The notes: a model not told the origin generated them from the letters alone. A stretch of DNA of 64,000 bases from Eledone cirrhosa (GCA_964016885.1 OZ024741.1:322524001-322588000); one strand, 5' to 3'. Shown: positions 1-13,343, counted from the first letter of the stretch. Made by a program: numbers and translations.

Positions 1-883
1 TAATTCTACCATACCTTAATATTTAGCTAGAAAACATGTCATAACCCATTATCATTGGTGTACAGCTTAGGCAACGAGCATCCGAGGTACTTCAAAACTA
101 AAGTCCCTAGTCTTATTGTAAAATCTCGTCTCTACAGACCCACTGTTCCTTTAGATAGTAATGTGTAAATAATTAGCCTTATTTACATCGTAACCATTTT
201 TGTTTACCGCCAAACCTCCAGGATAAATTTTACGTTTTCGAAGTGTCCGTAGTTCGGAACAAAAATATCGTCGATGTATCTACTACCCTCACCCAGCTGC
301 TTAAACAGGCTTATCCTCTTTAACTTCTGTAACCCTACTTGAAGATAGATTTGCAAAAAGATGAATATAAATCTGACAAGAGCGAACTACAGTTTCCGCC
401 CATTGGTATACCTCTGACCTACTTGAATAAATTACCTGCAAACCTAACAGATGCATATTAAACTGACCGTCCGTTTAAACTCAACCTTTTGTCCAACCCG
501 TGTACCTGTTAAACCTTATCCTAGATGTGAAACTAAATAAAATATACTTATATTTCTGTCCGAAAAGCAGGTTGATTATATATATATATATATATAACAT
601 AATAAAAGAGAATGTAAAAAAATAAACTGGATTTATTAAGTGTATTTACCTTCAAGATGAGACGAAAAAGCTGGTGGTGGTGGAGGATTGGCAGAGGTGG
701 AGGAGAATGGCGGGGGAGGCTGTAAATGTTTTTCGTTTTGCGCTCTATCTCTTAACTTGACTTACTACGCAGTTAATGCTATTTCTTATTGCTAAATTTA
801 ACTTACACACTATGCTACACTTAATCGCTAAACTTAATTGCTATTTTTTAAAACTTTTTTTTCTTTTCGTACAGTATGGTACT

Positions 884-2609
884 TTAGTTACTGTCATCAT
901 CATCTTCACTGACTTTTGGCTTTTTGGCCACACTTTCCTCACCTTCGCTTTGAGGGCGTTTCAATAAAAACCTGTCCAAGGAGGGTTGTTTCTTCCTCCC
1001 TTTTAAAATGTTTCTGAAATGAGTGAGGCAAGTGACGTTAAACAGTGCCGACGCACGACTGGTTCCAACTTTTTCTGGATGATTTTTCTCAATAAAATCA
1101 TTAAGTTTCTCCCAAATTTCCAACATTTCCTTAATTTCGCTTGAAGGGATTACTACCTCCTCTGACTCTGGCCCCTAATTAATTGCCTGCCAATTTTCTG
1201 TATGCTGCTGGTCCTGTAGCTCCGTTAATTCCTCCGTTGTCAATTCCTCATTGTGCTCTTCGACGAGGTCGTTGACGTCTCCTTCGACCACTTCCAGGCC
1301 CATGGATTTTCCGATGGACACGATCTCCTCCTCCACTAACTCTTCGGGTTCGGGTCCTTCGAAGTCCGTTTCGGACACAACCTTGGGCCACAGCTTCTTC
1401 CATGCAGAGTTTAAGGTCCTCCTTGTAACACCCTGCCAGGGTATGTCTATAATGTTGAGGCAGGCTACGATAGTGTAATGTTCTTTCCAGAACTCTCGAA
1501 GGGTGAAGTTTGTGTTTTTCGTAACCTCAAAGCAGCGCCGGAAGAGATGCTTGGTGAAGAGCTTTTTAAAATTCAAAATCACCTGCTGGTCCATGGGCTG
1601 AAGGATAGGGGTGGTGTTGGTTGGAAGGTACAAGACCTTAATAAACTTGAATTCTTCTAAGATGTCATCCTCGAGATTTGGTGGGTGTGCGGAAGCATTG
1701 TCAAGGACGAGTAGGGCTTTCAGGGGCAGGTTATTATCTAAAAGATACTTCTTGACTGTAGGACCAAAAACCAGGTTTACCCACTGCACAAAAAGCTCCC
1801 TGGTGATCCATGCCTTTGGGTTTGCCCGCCACATAACCTGCAGTTTTTCTTTAAGAATCTTATGACTCTTAAGGCCCTGGGGTTTTCCGAGTGATATACG
1901 AGCAGCGGTTTAATCTTTAAATCGCCACTCGCATTTGCACACAGTGCAAGGGTCAACATATCCTTCATAGGTTTGTGGCCTGGCAAGCTCTTCTCCTCTG
2001 CTGTTATGTACGTTCTCCTTGGCATCTTTTTCCAAAATAGCCCTGTCTCGTCGCAGTTAAAGACTTGCTGGGGGATGTATCCTTCGGCTTCTACCAGTTC
2101 ACCAAAAAATGAAGTAAATTCTTCAGCTGCCTTAAAATCTGAGTTTGCAGCCTCACCATGCCTGACGACGGAGTGAATGCCAGTCCTCTTTTTAAAATTA
2201 TCAAACCATCCCCGACTGGCTTTGAATGACTCTTCCGATGCCTCGTCCGAGGATGATCCCGCCGTCTCCCGCACCAAATCTCCATAAATAACACGTGCCT
2301 TCTCACAGATGATGGTCTCGGTTACGGTATCTCCAGCAAACTGCTTCTCGGTCAGCCACGCCAACAGCAACTTTTCCATCTCTTCATGGACAGAGGTCCG
2401 GAGCTTAGAAATTATCTTAACACCATTGGCTGGTGTCATAGCCTTTATTGAATCCTTTTGTTTCAAAATAGTACATATTGTAGAAGTACTACGATCGTAC
2501 TCCTTTGCCAACGCTCATGTTTTTCTACGATGTCGTGCTTAATATCCAAAGACATCATCCTTTTCTTTTTCTCGCCAGTCTTCTTGGCACTCACTTTCTT
2601 AGGACTCAT
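884..2609 (-). pseudogene. Frameshifted Tigger-like (CENP-B HTH + DDE_1) transposase
   Basis: Consecutive ORF pieces 2463-2609 (MSPKKV..SLDIKHDIVEKHE), 1777-2511 (FKASRGWFDNFKKR, VFNCDETGLFWKKMP), 1175-1834 (LLVLDNASAHP, LQPMDQQVI) and 884-1126. Confidence 0.9.
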
Positions 2610-2720
2610 GGTTGAAACTAAGATTTTTATCGAAATAAACCAGAAGCAACTAAAATCACAACAGTAACGCAACAGAGATGCTCGCGCGCCGAGGTTACCA
2701 CGGGGACTGACCGCTCTCAG

Positions 2721-3026
2721 GGGGTTACTGAATTAATTTCGCCCGGTGAACCCCAACGAAAGTTACTCCCGTCGTTTATATCCGTAAAGTGACTAAAACA
2801 AATGTAATAAATTTAGGGTTAGGGTTATTTTTTAGGGTTATGGTTATGGTTACGGTTAGGGTTAGGGTGAATTAACCCTAACCCTAACCATAAAGTTAGG
2901 GTTAATTCACCCTAACCCTAACCGTAAATATATTACATTTGTTTTAATCTTTAGTCACTTTACGGATATAAACGACGGGAGTAACTTTGGTTGGGGTTCA
3001 CCGGGCGAAATTAATTCTGCACACCA
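2721..3026. mobile_element. Foldback MITE with internal TTAGGG/CCCTAA telomere-like repeats, inserted in the Tigger 5' region
   Basis: Long TIRs GAATTAATTTCGCCCGGTGAACCCC at 2730 and its revcomp ending 3017; 6-bp direct repeat TCTCAG at 2715-2720 and 3027-3032. Confidence 0.8.
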
Positions 3027-3162
3027 TCTCAGGCACCCGCTAGCTCGTAGCTCGTACCTCAAAATTCAGCTCGTATCACAAGGCAAAAAAATTAGCCGAG
3101 TGATGGCTCGTATCTAAAAAAAAACTCGTATGTCGGTTCACTCGTATCTCAAGGTATCACTG

Positions 3163-3170
3163 TATATGTA

Positions 3171-3262
<92 letters not shown>

Positions 3263-3325
3263 GTGTGTGTGTGTGTGGGTGTGTGTATTTATATATAACA
3301 CACACACACACACACATATATATAT
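3163..3325. repeat. (TA)n/(TG)n/(CA)n microsatellite
   Basis: Direct reading; representative of dozens of similar tracts across the window. Confidence 0.95.
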
Positions 3326-3418
3326 TCGTATGTGGTTGGCGGTTGAAAGAAAGGAGTACACAATACTGAAGTAGAGTTTTAATATTCTTAGTGAGTCTTG
3401 TTACTCTGGAGAACTATT

Positions 3419-3460
3419 CTTGTCTGATGACTCTCACAGACGAAACTCCAGAGTAACAAG
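3419..3460 (+). ncRNA. Minimal type I hammerhead ribozyme motif
   Basis: CTTGT-CTGATGA-ctctcacagac-GAAAC-tccaga-GTA-ACAAG: stem I CTTGT/ACAAG, conserved core; an inverted copy of its 3' half lies at 3389-3411. Confidence 0.65.
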
Positions 3461-4217
3461 GCTCACTATTTAGCCTCAATAAAAGGAATGAATACATACA
3501 GATATATATATATATATCTGTCTGTGTGTGTGTGTTTGTAGATAGATAGAGAGGGAGGTAATATCGGTCCCAATATTGAACTCGTCCGTTAATCAACACA
3601 TCAGAAGGACGAGAGGCAAAAGTAATGTGTGTGTGTGCTGACGTGTGTGGAGGGTGAATGTGTGTATACAAGTCTCTATTCGTGAAACGAAATATTGCAT
3701 AGTCAAGTCTTAAGTCTCTTATCAGCTGACTTGTTAGATTTACAAGGGAAGTAATTTAAAAAGAGACTTAGAATGCAGGGGTTATCTCCCTTGTATTAAA
3801 TCCTTAGTTTAATATTTTGTTACTTTACCTCGCTTCTATATTTCACTATTCTATACCAAAGATGCGGGATTTTGGGGATTTTTTTTGTGCGAGGAGCGAA
3901 TTGAAAATGCATAAGTACTTAAGGTAAAATAATGTCTTTAATTTTTATAAATTCTCAAGCAAGCACGTGATTAGAAATGGAATAGAAACTACCAGTGATT
4001 GTGGAACTTTGGTTAATTGCAATGTTTAAAGAATCCATTCATTTGTTGCTGTGTTGCACCCCTATCAATTTCGACGAGCAGTGTTCCAGTTGTACGAACA
4101 ATGGAACAGCCTAATCGTGAAATTAACGTGCAAGTGGCTGGGTATTTCACGTAGTACGCAAGGAGCTTCTGTGTCCATCAAATCTGGTTCTTTAAATTAT
4201 AGATGCAACTGACTTTA

Positions 4218-4570
4218 GACATGACACTCTTCCCGTTCAACGGGGGTAGGCCCCTCATCTGGGATACCACATGCTGTGACACCTACTCAAGTAGCAACCT
4301 GCTGCGTACGGCTATCTTCCCAGGCTCTGCTGCCTGCCAAGCCGAAGAGAGCAAATTGTCCAAGTATCGGCCGCTCTCGGATAGGTTTGTGGTAGAGCCT
4401 GTAGCAACGGAGACTTCCGGCGTTCTTTGTGTCCAGACCACATCCCTACTCACTGCTATCGGAGCGGAGTTGGTTGCCTGCAGGTTCTAGCTCTGCGAGG
4501 TAGAGTGGCTGTTCCAGCGCGTCTCCCTCGCCGTCCTCCGGGGCAATATATTCTCCATCCTGTCGACCGG
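4218..4570 (+). mobile_element. 3' fragment of an RLE-type (CRE/R2-like) non-LTR retrotransposon, restriction-like endonuclease region
   Basis: Peptide PFNGGRPLIWDTTCCDTY..AEESKLSKY..FVVEPVATETSG, then WLFQRVSLAVLRGN after a stop; typical CRE-clade C-terminus. Confidence 0.75.
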
Positions 4571-5062
4571 GACCCAGAGGCGAAGGGTATGTAAGTTAAT
4601 AGTGAAGGATATCGACTCACCGGCAATCACGGCCCTAATTCGAATAATCTAATCACTAAGCCATGCAACATAACACGTGGTGTGCAAAGGCGTCTGCGGA
4701 TCAGTTACTCGGGTACCCTACGATTATATGGGTCTCCATGCTAATCTATATATATTGTAACTTGCTGTCAATAAATACATACTATATGTTATATTGTTTA
4801 AACGTTCGTTGTAAAGAATATTTTTCACGTTTAAACTTTGTTGGAAGTACCCATAAATACATTTAATATTTTACGCAATCTCGTTTAAAATACTGTACTC
4901 TATTTACACAGATCTACATTCAACATATACTTCGGCAGTTTAGTGCACAATGTGATATATTTTAAAATTAACTAACAATATAAGCACTAAAATATGTAAA
5001 TTACTACATTCTTTCATGACTATAACTACATTTATAAGGGTTTATTTCCTTGTAGTTGATTT

Positions 5063-5250
5063 GAAGGCGCGTGGCTTAGTAGCTAGAGAGTTGGATTCGT
5101 GAGGTTGCGAGTTCAATTCTCCGAGTGATGCGTTGTATCCTTGAGCAAGACACTCCGTTTCACGTTGCTCCTTCTGCCAGGAGTTGTGACTAGTAGATAG
5201 TATGAACAATGGAAAGACCAATGGAAACATTGCTTCCTTGATCCGATTCG
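5063..5250 (+). mobile_element. tRNA-derived SINE (second family), degenerate
   Basis: A-box-like TGGCTTAGTAG, B-box-like GAGTTCAATTC and core TGTATCCTTGAGCAAGACAC; a similar piece lies at 6830-6900. Confidence 0.55.
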
Positions 5251-5508
5251 ACGAGGCCCCCCCCCCCCCCCCCCCACACACACACACCCACCAAGCGAAT
5301 GAGGCCTGGGATCTTGTCGATCGACCAGATCAAGTTATTTGATGTACGTATTATCTGATGAGATCCCAATTAGTCGATTCAGAATAATATTAATACTTTT
5401 TTCTTAATTTACAGGGAAATACGTAAATGTCACATATTTATATGTCTATACACATAATGTATACACATTGTATACAGTCTCAGTTCAAAAGTAAGTAATG
5501 TATATGTA

Positions 5509-6545
5509 CGACAACCAGTCAAAATGTAATGCCTTTTGTTTTATTGCAAGAAAAATAAAAAAACAGAACAAAATGTATTATACAACAAAATGAAGCTGTA
5601 CATCAGAGGATCACATTCCTACTCAACATAGTTACCATCTCTTCCGATAGCAGCAGTCCACCTTCGAATGAGGACATGTATCTCAGCTTCGTAAAACTGC
5701 TGGTAGCTCACGAACCCAAATCTTGACAGCAGTTTTCACTTCCTCATTATTTCTTTAATGGTGGCCTCTCAATGCTTCTTTAATGGGGCCGAATAGGTGG
5801 TAGTCTGATGGTGCCAAATCAGGCGAGTATGGAGAGTGCAGCAGAGTAGTTCACCCGAATGAGGTGATTTCCTCCTTTGTCCTGATGTTCGTGTGAAGTC
5901 TGGCATTGTGTTTTCCACGTCGGGTCTTACTCGTCGAATTCTTGCTTTTAATCCCTTTAGTGTCTCAATATATACTTCAGAGTTAATTGTTTCTCATATT
6001 GGCAAGAAATCGGTAAGGATCATTCCTTGAGTATCTCAAAAGACAGTCGCCATGATTTTTTCGGCAGACTTTTGTGCCTTGAACATTTGGGTTTATGGGG
6101 ACGTCGACTGACGCCATTCCATTTATTGCCTTTTTGACTCAGGTTCATAATGATGAATCCAAGTTTCATCACCTGTAATAAGCCTTCTAAAGAACGTGTT
6201 GTCCCTTTGACTGAATTAAAGGAGCTCAGTGTAGCAGTTTACCCTTTCACTCTTTTGAGAGTTGTCTTTGTACCCAACGGGCACAGACTTTTGAAAACCC
6301 AAGTGAGTCGACAATGCTGTGAGCACTACCATGACTTACTCCAAGCTCTAATGCCAACTCATCAAGGGTTATGCGCCTATCAGCTCTGATTAGAGCGTCT
6401 GTTTTTGCTTTGTTGAAAAACAAAATGAGATATTTTAGTTTCAAGAAGATATGTGCCTTTACCTCTGCACCAAATTTCAACTTATTCTATTAAAAAAATG
6501 AGCCAGCTATGATAAAAAATGTCATTACTCTTTGACTGGCCCTCT
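5509..6545 (-). mobile_element. Mariner-family transposon remnant
   Basis: Imperfect TIRs CGACAACCAGTCAAAATGTAATG / CATTACTCTTTGACTGGCCCTCT with flanking TA; ORF 6247-6480 DALIRADRRITLDELA..LGFSKVCARWV; downstream HSPYSPDLAPSDYHLF-like motif on the minus strand near 5790-5840. Confidence 0.85.
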
Positions 6546-6997
6546 TAGATATAAATTTGAAAATAAATGTTTAATTTGATCGACTATTTACATTTTTACT
6601 TCCGTGTGTGGTTGAGTAGTTTGACCGAGGATGGAGGCTGTGCTGTTATTATTACGGCCCAGTCCATGTATAATGCTAAGGTATATTATCAAAGATTTCT
6701 GATATTCCGGCCATACATTTCTGATATTCCGACCAAGTATTTTCATTTCTATACAGTTTCTTCGTGTAATAATTTCGTTAATTTGTAGCAGTAACGAGGA
6801 AAGCGCGTAATTTAGGAATTGGGGGTGTTATACTTACGATTGTGGGTTCGATTCTCCGACGAGAAAGTGCGCTGTGTCCTTGAGCAAGACACTTTATTAG
6901 TTGTTTTAGTTGGACAACAATGTGGTGGAGAGAGGACTGAAAAGATCCTTAAATGTATGCATATATATACATAAGGCGATGTTTATTGATTATATAT

Positions 6998-7182
6998 ATA
7001 ATTGTTTCTACGTTTGGCACAAGGCCAGCAATTACCTAGTGCATTACTGGTACTTTATTTTATCGACCCCGTAAGGATGAAAGGCAAAGTTAACCTCGGC
7101 GGGATTTGAACTCAGAATGGCAAGGGCCGTAACTCTATGCATCAAAGCATGGCGTCCGACCCTCTACCGATACTGCCAATCC
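6998..7182 (-). mobile_element. tRNA-derived SINE, main family (Deu/Nin-type core)
   Basis: Minus strand: TGGCAGTATCGG (A box), GTTCAAATCC (B box), GCCTTTCATCCTTACGGGGTCGATAAAATAAAGTACCAG core, AATTATT tail. Confidence 0.85.
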
Positions 7183-7289
7183 ATATATAATAAAATTGAG
7201 AAAAATCTATTTATGGGAGTACAAACAAGATAGACAAAACAATATACATGTATGTATATATACATGTATGTATATATACATGTATGTAT

Positions 7290-7836
7290 ATATACATGTA
7301 TGTATGCTCAGGTCACTCTCAAGTGCTACTGGTAACATGTAACCCAGTACAACCCGTCTCATGGTCGGGCCGTCGGCGACTAAACTGGCAACTTCACCAA
7401 GCTTGCTTGGTGAGGAGGATGATATTTGGACACCTTGCAGGATGACATACAAGACCCGGCAAAGGGCGGAGGAACTCAGCAGAGTCAACGGCCATCGAAA
7501 TAGTACTTTTCTTTTCTTTTTTTTTCCATTTGGGAGTGAAAGGCTCCCAGTTGTTGTCACAACACTTTTCTAAGAAAGAGAAACTCTGAAAAAAAAAACC
7601 TGCGGCTTCGGAAGCATCGGATGATGTTGACCAGTTCTCCTTTTCGGGTAGTGTTTTTGAAGCTCAGAGAGTGGGATAGATCGAGTGCAAGGCCTTTCCT
7701 CCACTTAAAAATACCTTCAAAGCACAGGCATTGCTTGTTTAGGATCTGTTACAGGTTTGTGTGATTGGCCGTAGCCCCAGTTTCTGTAATCTGACAAGCG
7801 ATTGCAATACTCTTAGCAGAGTTTGCAGCCATCATG

Positions 7837-7870
<34 letters not shown>

Positions 7871-8860
7871 TGTATGTATGTATGTATGTATGTATGTATG
7901 AGATGAGCCCTTAGCCTTTGTCAAGGCAGAATACTAGGAGTAGGAAAACTCTGATATAACACCTGCAAATCTGATGGTATCCAATGATGTTGACTTGTTC
8001 TTCTTTTTGGTAAATATCATCTTGGTTAAGAGAGTGGGACTGGCTTTGTGCAGTGCCTTTGCTCACTATAAAAGCTTCACGGCACAGGCATTGCTTTATA
8101 TCTGGAGATCTCTCTGCACTTGTCGTCACATGGTACCATGGGACCAGCACTATGTGTCAGTAATAGTCACAAGTGTAGTGTTTGTATCAGAGTTTTCAAG
8201 TCGCTGGCTGGACTAAAAAGTCACACTCGTTCAGCGCCTCGGTAGGGGTTCTCCTACATGGATATAAAGTAGCGGCCCTACTCGAAAACGAGTTGGCAGC
8301 CACCATGTATGTATGTATGTATGTATGTATGTATGTATGTATGTATGTATGTATGTATGTATGTATGTATGTATGTGTGTGTGTATGTAAGGGCGGAAGA
8401 ACCCATAAGAGTCAACGGCCATCCAAAAGTGTGTAAATATGTATATACACATGTACATATGTATGTATATGTGTATATACATGGGTGCATGCGTGTGTAT
8501 ATGCGCGGTGACATAAAAATAGTCGGGCTGGGCACCCGATCGCGCGGTTAAACCACTGGGAGTGAAGGACCCCTAGCCTTTGTCAAGGCATTCTTCTAGG
8601 AGAAGGCAACTCAGGAAACTGGGATAACTCCGACATAAAACATGCGGCTCAGTAGTTACCGATGATGTTGATCTTTTCTTCTGTTCGGGTTATAGCTACT
8701 GTCACTCAGAGAGTGGGATTGGCTCAGTGCACAGTCTTTCCTCACTTTAAAAAAAAACCATCTTCACGCACAGGCATTTCACGATAGAATTAATTAATAA
8801 TTATTAATAATGGTATATTGTGCAATGGCCATACTCGATAACGAGGGGGCAGCCATCATG
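7290..8860 (+). repeat. Three diverged copies of an interspersed repeat resembling an RTE-LINE 5' region, each ending in GCAGCCAYC + (ATGT)n
   Basis: Shared segments GAGTCAACGGCCATC, CCTTTGTCAAGGCA, GGAAAACTCTGA, GAGAGTGGGA and CACAGGCATT recur at about 7480-7830, 7905-8305 and 8395-8860. Confidence 0.55.
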
Positions 8861-9094
8861 TATGTATGTATGAGTGTGAGTGTATGTGTGATGTGTGTGT
8901 GAAAGAGTATGTGAAGAAGAACAGAGGGACAGGAAGAGGATGGGTGTGGGTAGGTGTGAGACAAATCGATACCAATTAGACTAATGAAAAGGTTGAGTAT
9001 AAATCGTTCGTTTAGTGATGCTGATATAATCAATGAGAATGAAATCAAGGATGTGATCGAAGAGATGATATCCAGCGGATATATTTTACTGAAA

Positions 9095-9281
9095 CACCAC
9101 CGCCGGCACCACCACCACCACCACCACCACCAACACCCCACCACCACCACCACACCACCGCCGGCACCACCACCACTACCACCACCACCACCACCACCAC
9201 CACCACAACCACCACCACAACCACCACCACAACCAACACCACCACCAACAACACCACCACCAACAACAACAACAACAACAT
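9095..9281. repeat. (CCA)n/(ACA)n trinucleotide microsatellite
   Basis: Direct reading. Confidence 0.95.
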
Positions 9282-9764
9282 GAAGAAGAAGAAGAACCTC
9301 GCCGGTTCTCACTAGCCAGCCGTGGGCGATAGTGGTACTAGTGATGCGGGAATCTAATGTACATTCTAGAATAGTATTAGAACTAAAACATGAGTGTAGA
9401 AACTGCTGAAATAGTCCTTATAATCTACTAATTTTCAATTTATGGCTGTCTGTCAGTGAGGATTATTTCGTTGAATTTTCTTTTACTCTTTGCTATTTTA
9501 AAACTATGTTCGTCCTATGGTTTAAATTAAAATAAGAGATGGACAAAAACATAATAAGATATTAAAATTTGTTGGAAATGTTTTATTCATTCAAATTGCC
9601 GCAGAGAATGGTAGAGAAGGCCGCATGTGACCTTAACGATGCAGGTTCCCCATCTCTGCTCTAATGACTTAAGTCAGGTTAATCTAGCTCGAGATACACA
9701 GCCTGAACAAATTTATAAAGGATGGCATAGGCATAGCAGGAAGTGGGGTGGGGCGGTGGTAAAC

Positions 9765-10166
9765 CACAACAAAGACGACGACAACAATAACAACGACAGC
9801 AAACACAACAACATTAATAACAACATTAATAACAGCATTAAACACACAAAAACAACAACAGAAACAACAATAGTAACAACAGCATTAACAATTACATCAG
9901 TGAAAACAACAACGGCAACAAAAACAACAGTAAATAAAATAATAACAGCAGCAACAACTACAACCAGAACATGACGTCAGCGACGACCACCACAACCACC
10001 ACCAACACCGCCACCACCAACACCACCACTACAACCACTCCCCATTCCACTATCACCACCACCACAACAACAACAACCACCAACACCACCACAACCACAA
10101 CCACCAACACCAACACCAACACCACCACCACCACTACAACCACCAAGACCAACACCGCCACCACCA
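9765..10166. repeat. Degenerate (ACA)n/(ACC)n tract
   Basis: Direct reading. Confidence 0.9.
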
Positions 10167-10299
10167 CGTTTCGTTCCTTGTTTCCAATCTCCCTTTTAAT
10201 AACTTCCTGGTTATTACCTCCCGCCCCACTTCTTACTTCGCCATACAGTTTCTTTCACTTCAATTTAATTTAATATATATTTATAAATTTACAAATTTA

Positions 10300-10965
10300 T
10301 AAATTTCTGGTTGGTTGGTTGGTTCCACAACCAGATAGTTGTTTATATATATATAGTCATAGTTCTTTCGTCACACACTCTGTGACCTCTTCAGTGACTG
10401 GGGATTTCTTTCTTCGTTTCTGTGCCTTTCCTTTCTTCTATCCTACGCCATTTTATTTGTGTGTGGGTTGCGTGCTCAGTTTGCGCATGCGCCACATCCG
10501 GGTGTCTGTGTGTGTTTGTGTTCATTTTTCTATTTTTCTATTTATATTTGTTTGTTTATTTATTTATTTATTGTTGGTTGGTTGTTTGTTCTATGTGTGT
10601 GTGTGTTTTCATTTTGTCTTGTGTGTGTTTTCATTTTGTGTGTGTTTTCAATTGTAAGTTGTTTATATATGTGTGTGTGTGTTTTCATTTTGTCCTTAAT
10701 TGTAAGTTGTGATGTTGCTGTTCCACTCATATTTTCTATTTAATTTTGGTTTTAATTCTTTTATGCTTACTGCCTCTGTAATTTGCCTAAACATTGCGTC
10801 TTTCTTGTGTGTGGATTCTATTTTTATTTCTATGCTCTCTAATTTACCCCTGTGTTCTATCTTAGCATGTTGGTAGAGCACAGATGATTCTTTACTATCT
10901 TGGAGGTCTCGCCAGTGTTCATTTATTCGTTCCCCTATACTACGAGCTGTCTCACCTATGTACAC
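10300..10965 (-). mobile_element. Penelope-like element 3' fragment (GIY-YIG endonuclease end plus pLTR)
   Basis: ORF 10696-10965 YIGETARSIGERINEH..SVLYQHAKIEH..RQITEAVSIKELKPKLNRKYEW; organisation parallels 60380-61000. Confidence 0.85.
10355..10399 (-). ncRNA. Type I hammerhead ribozyme in Penelope pLTR
   Basis: Minus strand AGTCA-CTGAAGA-gGTCACAgagtgTGTGAC-GAAA-gaac-TA-TGACT. Confidence 0.75.
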
Positions 10966-11263
10966 TATATTCAGAAACGAAATATATATATATATATATA
11001 TGTTTCAACTAACCCTAATTTTATATATATATATATAAGTAGAAGTGGTATTTAATTTGCTGGAAGTCCGACAAACATAAATGTTTATAACTGATTTAGA
11101 GCAGTCAACAGCCTACTGGAGTAAATATTCAATGATATTCAATAAATGGAAACTATATTTATAAAACCATATTTATTTTATATATATTTCTGGACCCAGT
11201 GAATTTCCAACCGATAAGGTATGTTTTTCATGGGTATGTCTCTATTTATAAAACAAACTTTGT

Positions 11264-11325
11264 ATTTTATCTGATGAAAGCGTACCAATGTTGTCTTGGT
11301 ACCCGTGAAATATATATAATAAAAT
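11264..11325 (+). ncRNA. Type I hammerhead motif in an inverted-repeat cassette (11130-11370)
   Basis: ATTTTAT-CTGATGA-aagcGTACCA..TGGTACccgt-GAAA-tatata-TA-ATAAAAT; the same family recurs at 26700-27340 and 47703-48150. Confidence 0.65.
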
Positions 11326-11365
11326 ATATATGGTTTTATAAATATAGTTTCCATTTATTGAATAT

Positions 11366-11427
<62 letters not shown>

Positions 11428-11663
11428 TATAAATTATGTCCTTAGAATCATTTGATAAGATATATACTCAATTTCCTCTCCCAATTAGCATAATCAACCA
11501 CACAAAAAAACAATTAAACCAGGCTATAGGATTAAAAGGCACCTGTGAAGAAATAATAGATAAATAAACGATACCCATTTATTCGCGAGCAACAGCCATA
11601 GAATATTTACCCATCATTTCAATACCACGTGGAAATCGATTAAATATATCGTCAACCATACAC

Positions 11664-11741
<78 letters not shown>

Positions 11742-11967
11742 CGTCTCTCATATTATTGTTCTGCAACCCCATGCATTGAACCACAAAGTTACTAAGACAA
11801 AACCTATATATTTGCTAGCATTGATATGCATCTGTATGTATATATATGTTACTAGATATTAATTCTTTATATATATATATATATAGTTGTGTATAATGGT
11901 AGCTATGGTGCTTCCATAGGCGGTATGCCAGAATTAGCACTCGATATTCATCAGAGTAGAGTGTAGA

Positions 11968-12283
11968 TATTATAAAGAAAACGAAAAATCAGTGATGCAT
12001 CTGGACTTAGTTTATTTCGTATTACAAATGTTTCGCCGGCATGTAGCTCGAGTCATGGTCCTTGTATGGAGCTGGCTGATTCTACTTCTGCGGGTTCTTT
12101 CAGACGCGGGTGTTTCGTCCGGAGAAAATTTTATGACTGATAAAATTTGGTGTGTCTGAAAGAACCCGCCGAAGTAGAATCAGCCAGATCCATACAAGAA
12201 CCATGACTCGAGCTACATGCCGGCGAATCATTTGTAACACGAAATAAACTAAGTCCAGATGCATCACTGATTTTTCGTATTCT

Positions 12284-12292
<9 letters not shown>
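11968..12292. repeat. Inverted-repeat cassette with hammerhead-like motif (CTGAAAGA core variant)
   Basis: Arms about 11968-12105 and 12154-12292; GTGT-CTGAAAGA..GCCGGC-GAA(A/T)C-attt-GTA-ACAC. Confidence 0.7.
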
Positions 12293-12369
<77 letters not shown>

Positions 12370-12549
12370 CAGTTCAAGAGTAACCAGTCTTAAAGAGAGA
12401 GAGATGGAGATAGGAGAGAAGATGTGAGAGGAGAGATTGGTGAATTAGTTAGAAGCCAAAGCGTAAAGGCATGTGCTCAATGTGCAATATGCTGTAGAAA
12501 GCAGCTAGGTGGCTGGGTTCATGCAGAAGTTAGGTGCGCAGAGCTGGAA

Positions 12550-13282
12550 ATATTTATTAGTTAAGCAAAACAAGACCACAAATTTCACAAGGAAGACATT
12601 ATTAAAAGATCGTCAACATATTTAGTTTGATGTAAGGAATGTAGAGAATAATAATAATATTAATAATAATAATGTCCGTTTACAATTGTTTCACTACTCC
12701 ATATAATATTTCTGGATCAGATGACTATATATCATAATTGATCTGGTTCAGTTGAAAATAATTAACATATTTTAAAGACAGAGCGGCTCATCGGAACTTC
12801 AAAGGAATATAAATTAAAATAATGAGAGAATGTTACATAATATAATGTTCCATATATTGGTTTTCACTATGGTGTCTTGGTTGCATCAGTCGTCAGCCAT
12901 AATCAAGCAGTATTCATCTTTCGAGCTGCATTGTGTGAGATCTGCCTATGGGTAACAAGACACCATAGTGAAAACCAATATATGGAACATTATATTATGT
13001 AACATTCTCATTATTTTAATTTATATTCCTTTGAAGTTCCGATAAGCCGCTCTGTCTTTTAAATATGTTAATTATTTTCAACTGAACCAGATCAATTATG
13101 ATATATAGTCATCTGATCCAGAAATATTATATGGAGTAGCGAAACAATTGTAAACGGACATTATTATTATTAATATTATTATTATTATTATTCTCTACAT
13201 TCCTTACATCAAACTAAATATGTTGACAATCTTTTAATAATGTCTTCCTTGTGAAATTTGTGGTCTTGTTTTGCTTAACTAA

Positions 13283-13290
<8 letters not shown>
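12550..13290. repeat. Near-perfect 330-bp-arm inverted repeat with hammerhead motif (12678-12797, minus)
   Basis: Arms 12550-12880 and 12955-13290; minus strand GTT-CCGATGA-GCCGCTC..GAGTAGT-GAAAC-aatt-GTA-AAC. Confidence 0.85.

Positions 13291-13342
<52 letters not shown>

Positions 13343-13343
<1 letters not shown>

Larger units (their letters stand above)
600..3162 (-). mobile_element. Tigger/pogo-family DNA transposon, decayed; one TIR visible, other end lost in (TA)n
   Basis: TIR CAGTGATACCTTGAGATACGAG (revcomp of 3141-3162) followed by TA at 3163-3164; internal transposase remnants; left boundary approximate. Confidence 0.85.

Noticed and set aside
1-570. Non-repetitive-looking sequence at the window start
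   Set aside because: No ORF, terminal repeat or RNA motif that I could support; left unannotated.
2815-2925. True telomere or chromosome-fusion site
   Set aside because: Short and enclosed by TIRs and a TSD; better explained as MITE-internal sequence.
6998-7182. tRNA gene
   Set aside because: A and B boxes are present but no cloverleaf; about 20 dispersed copies with a common core and tail indicate a SINE.
8794-10273. Poly-Pro/His/Gly/Thr ORFs
   Set aside because: Trinucleotide repeats open on both strands; no recognisable domain.
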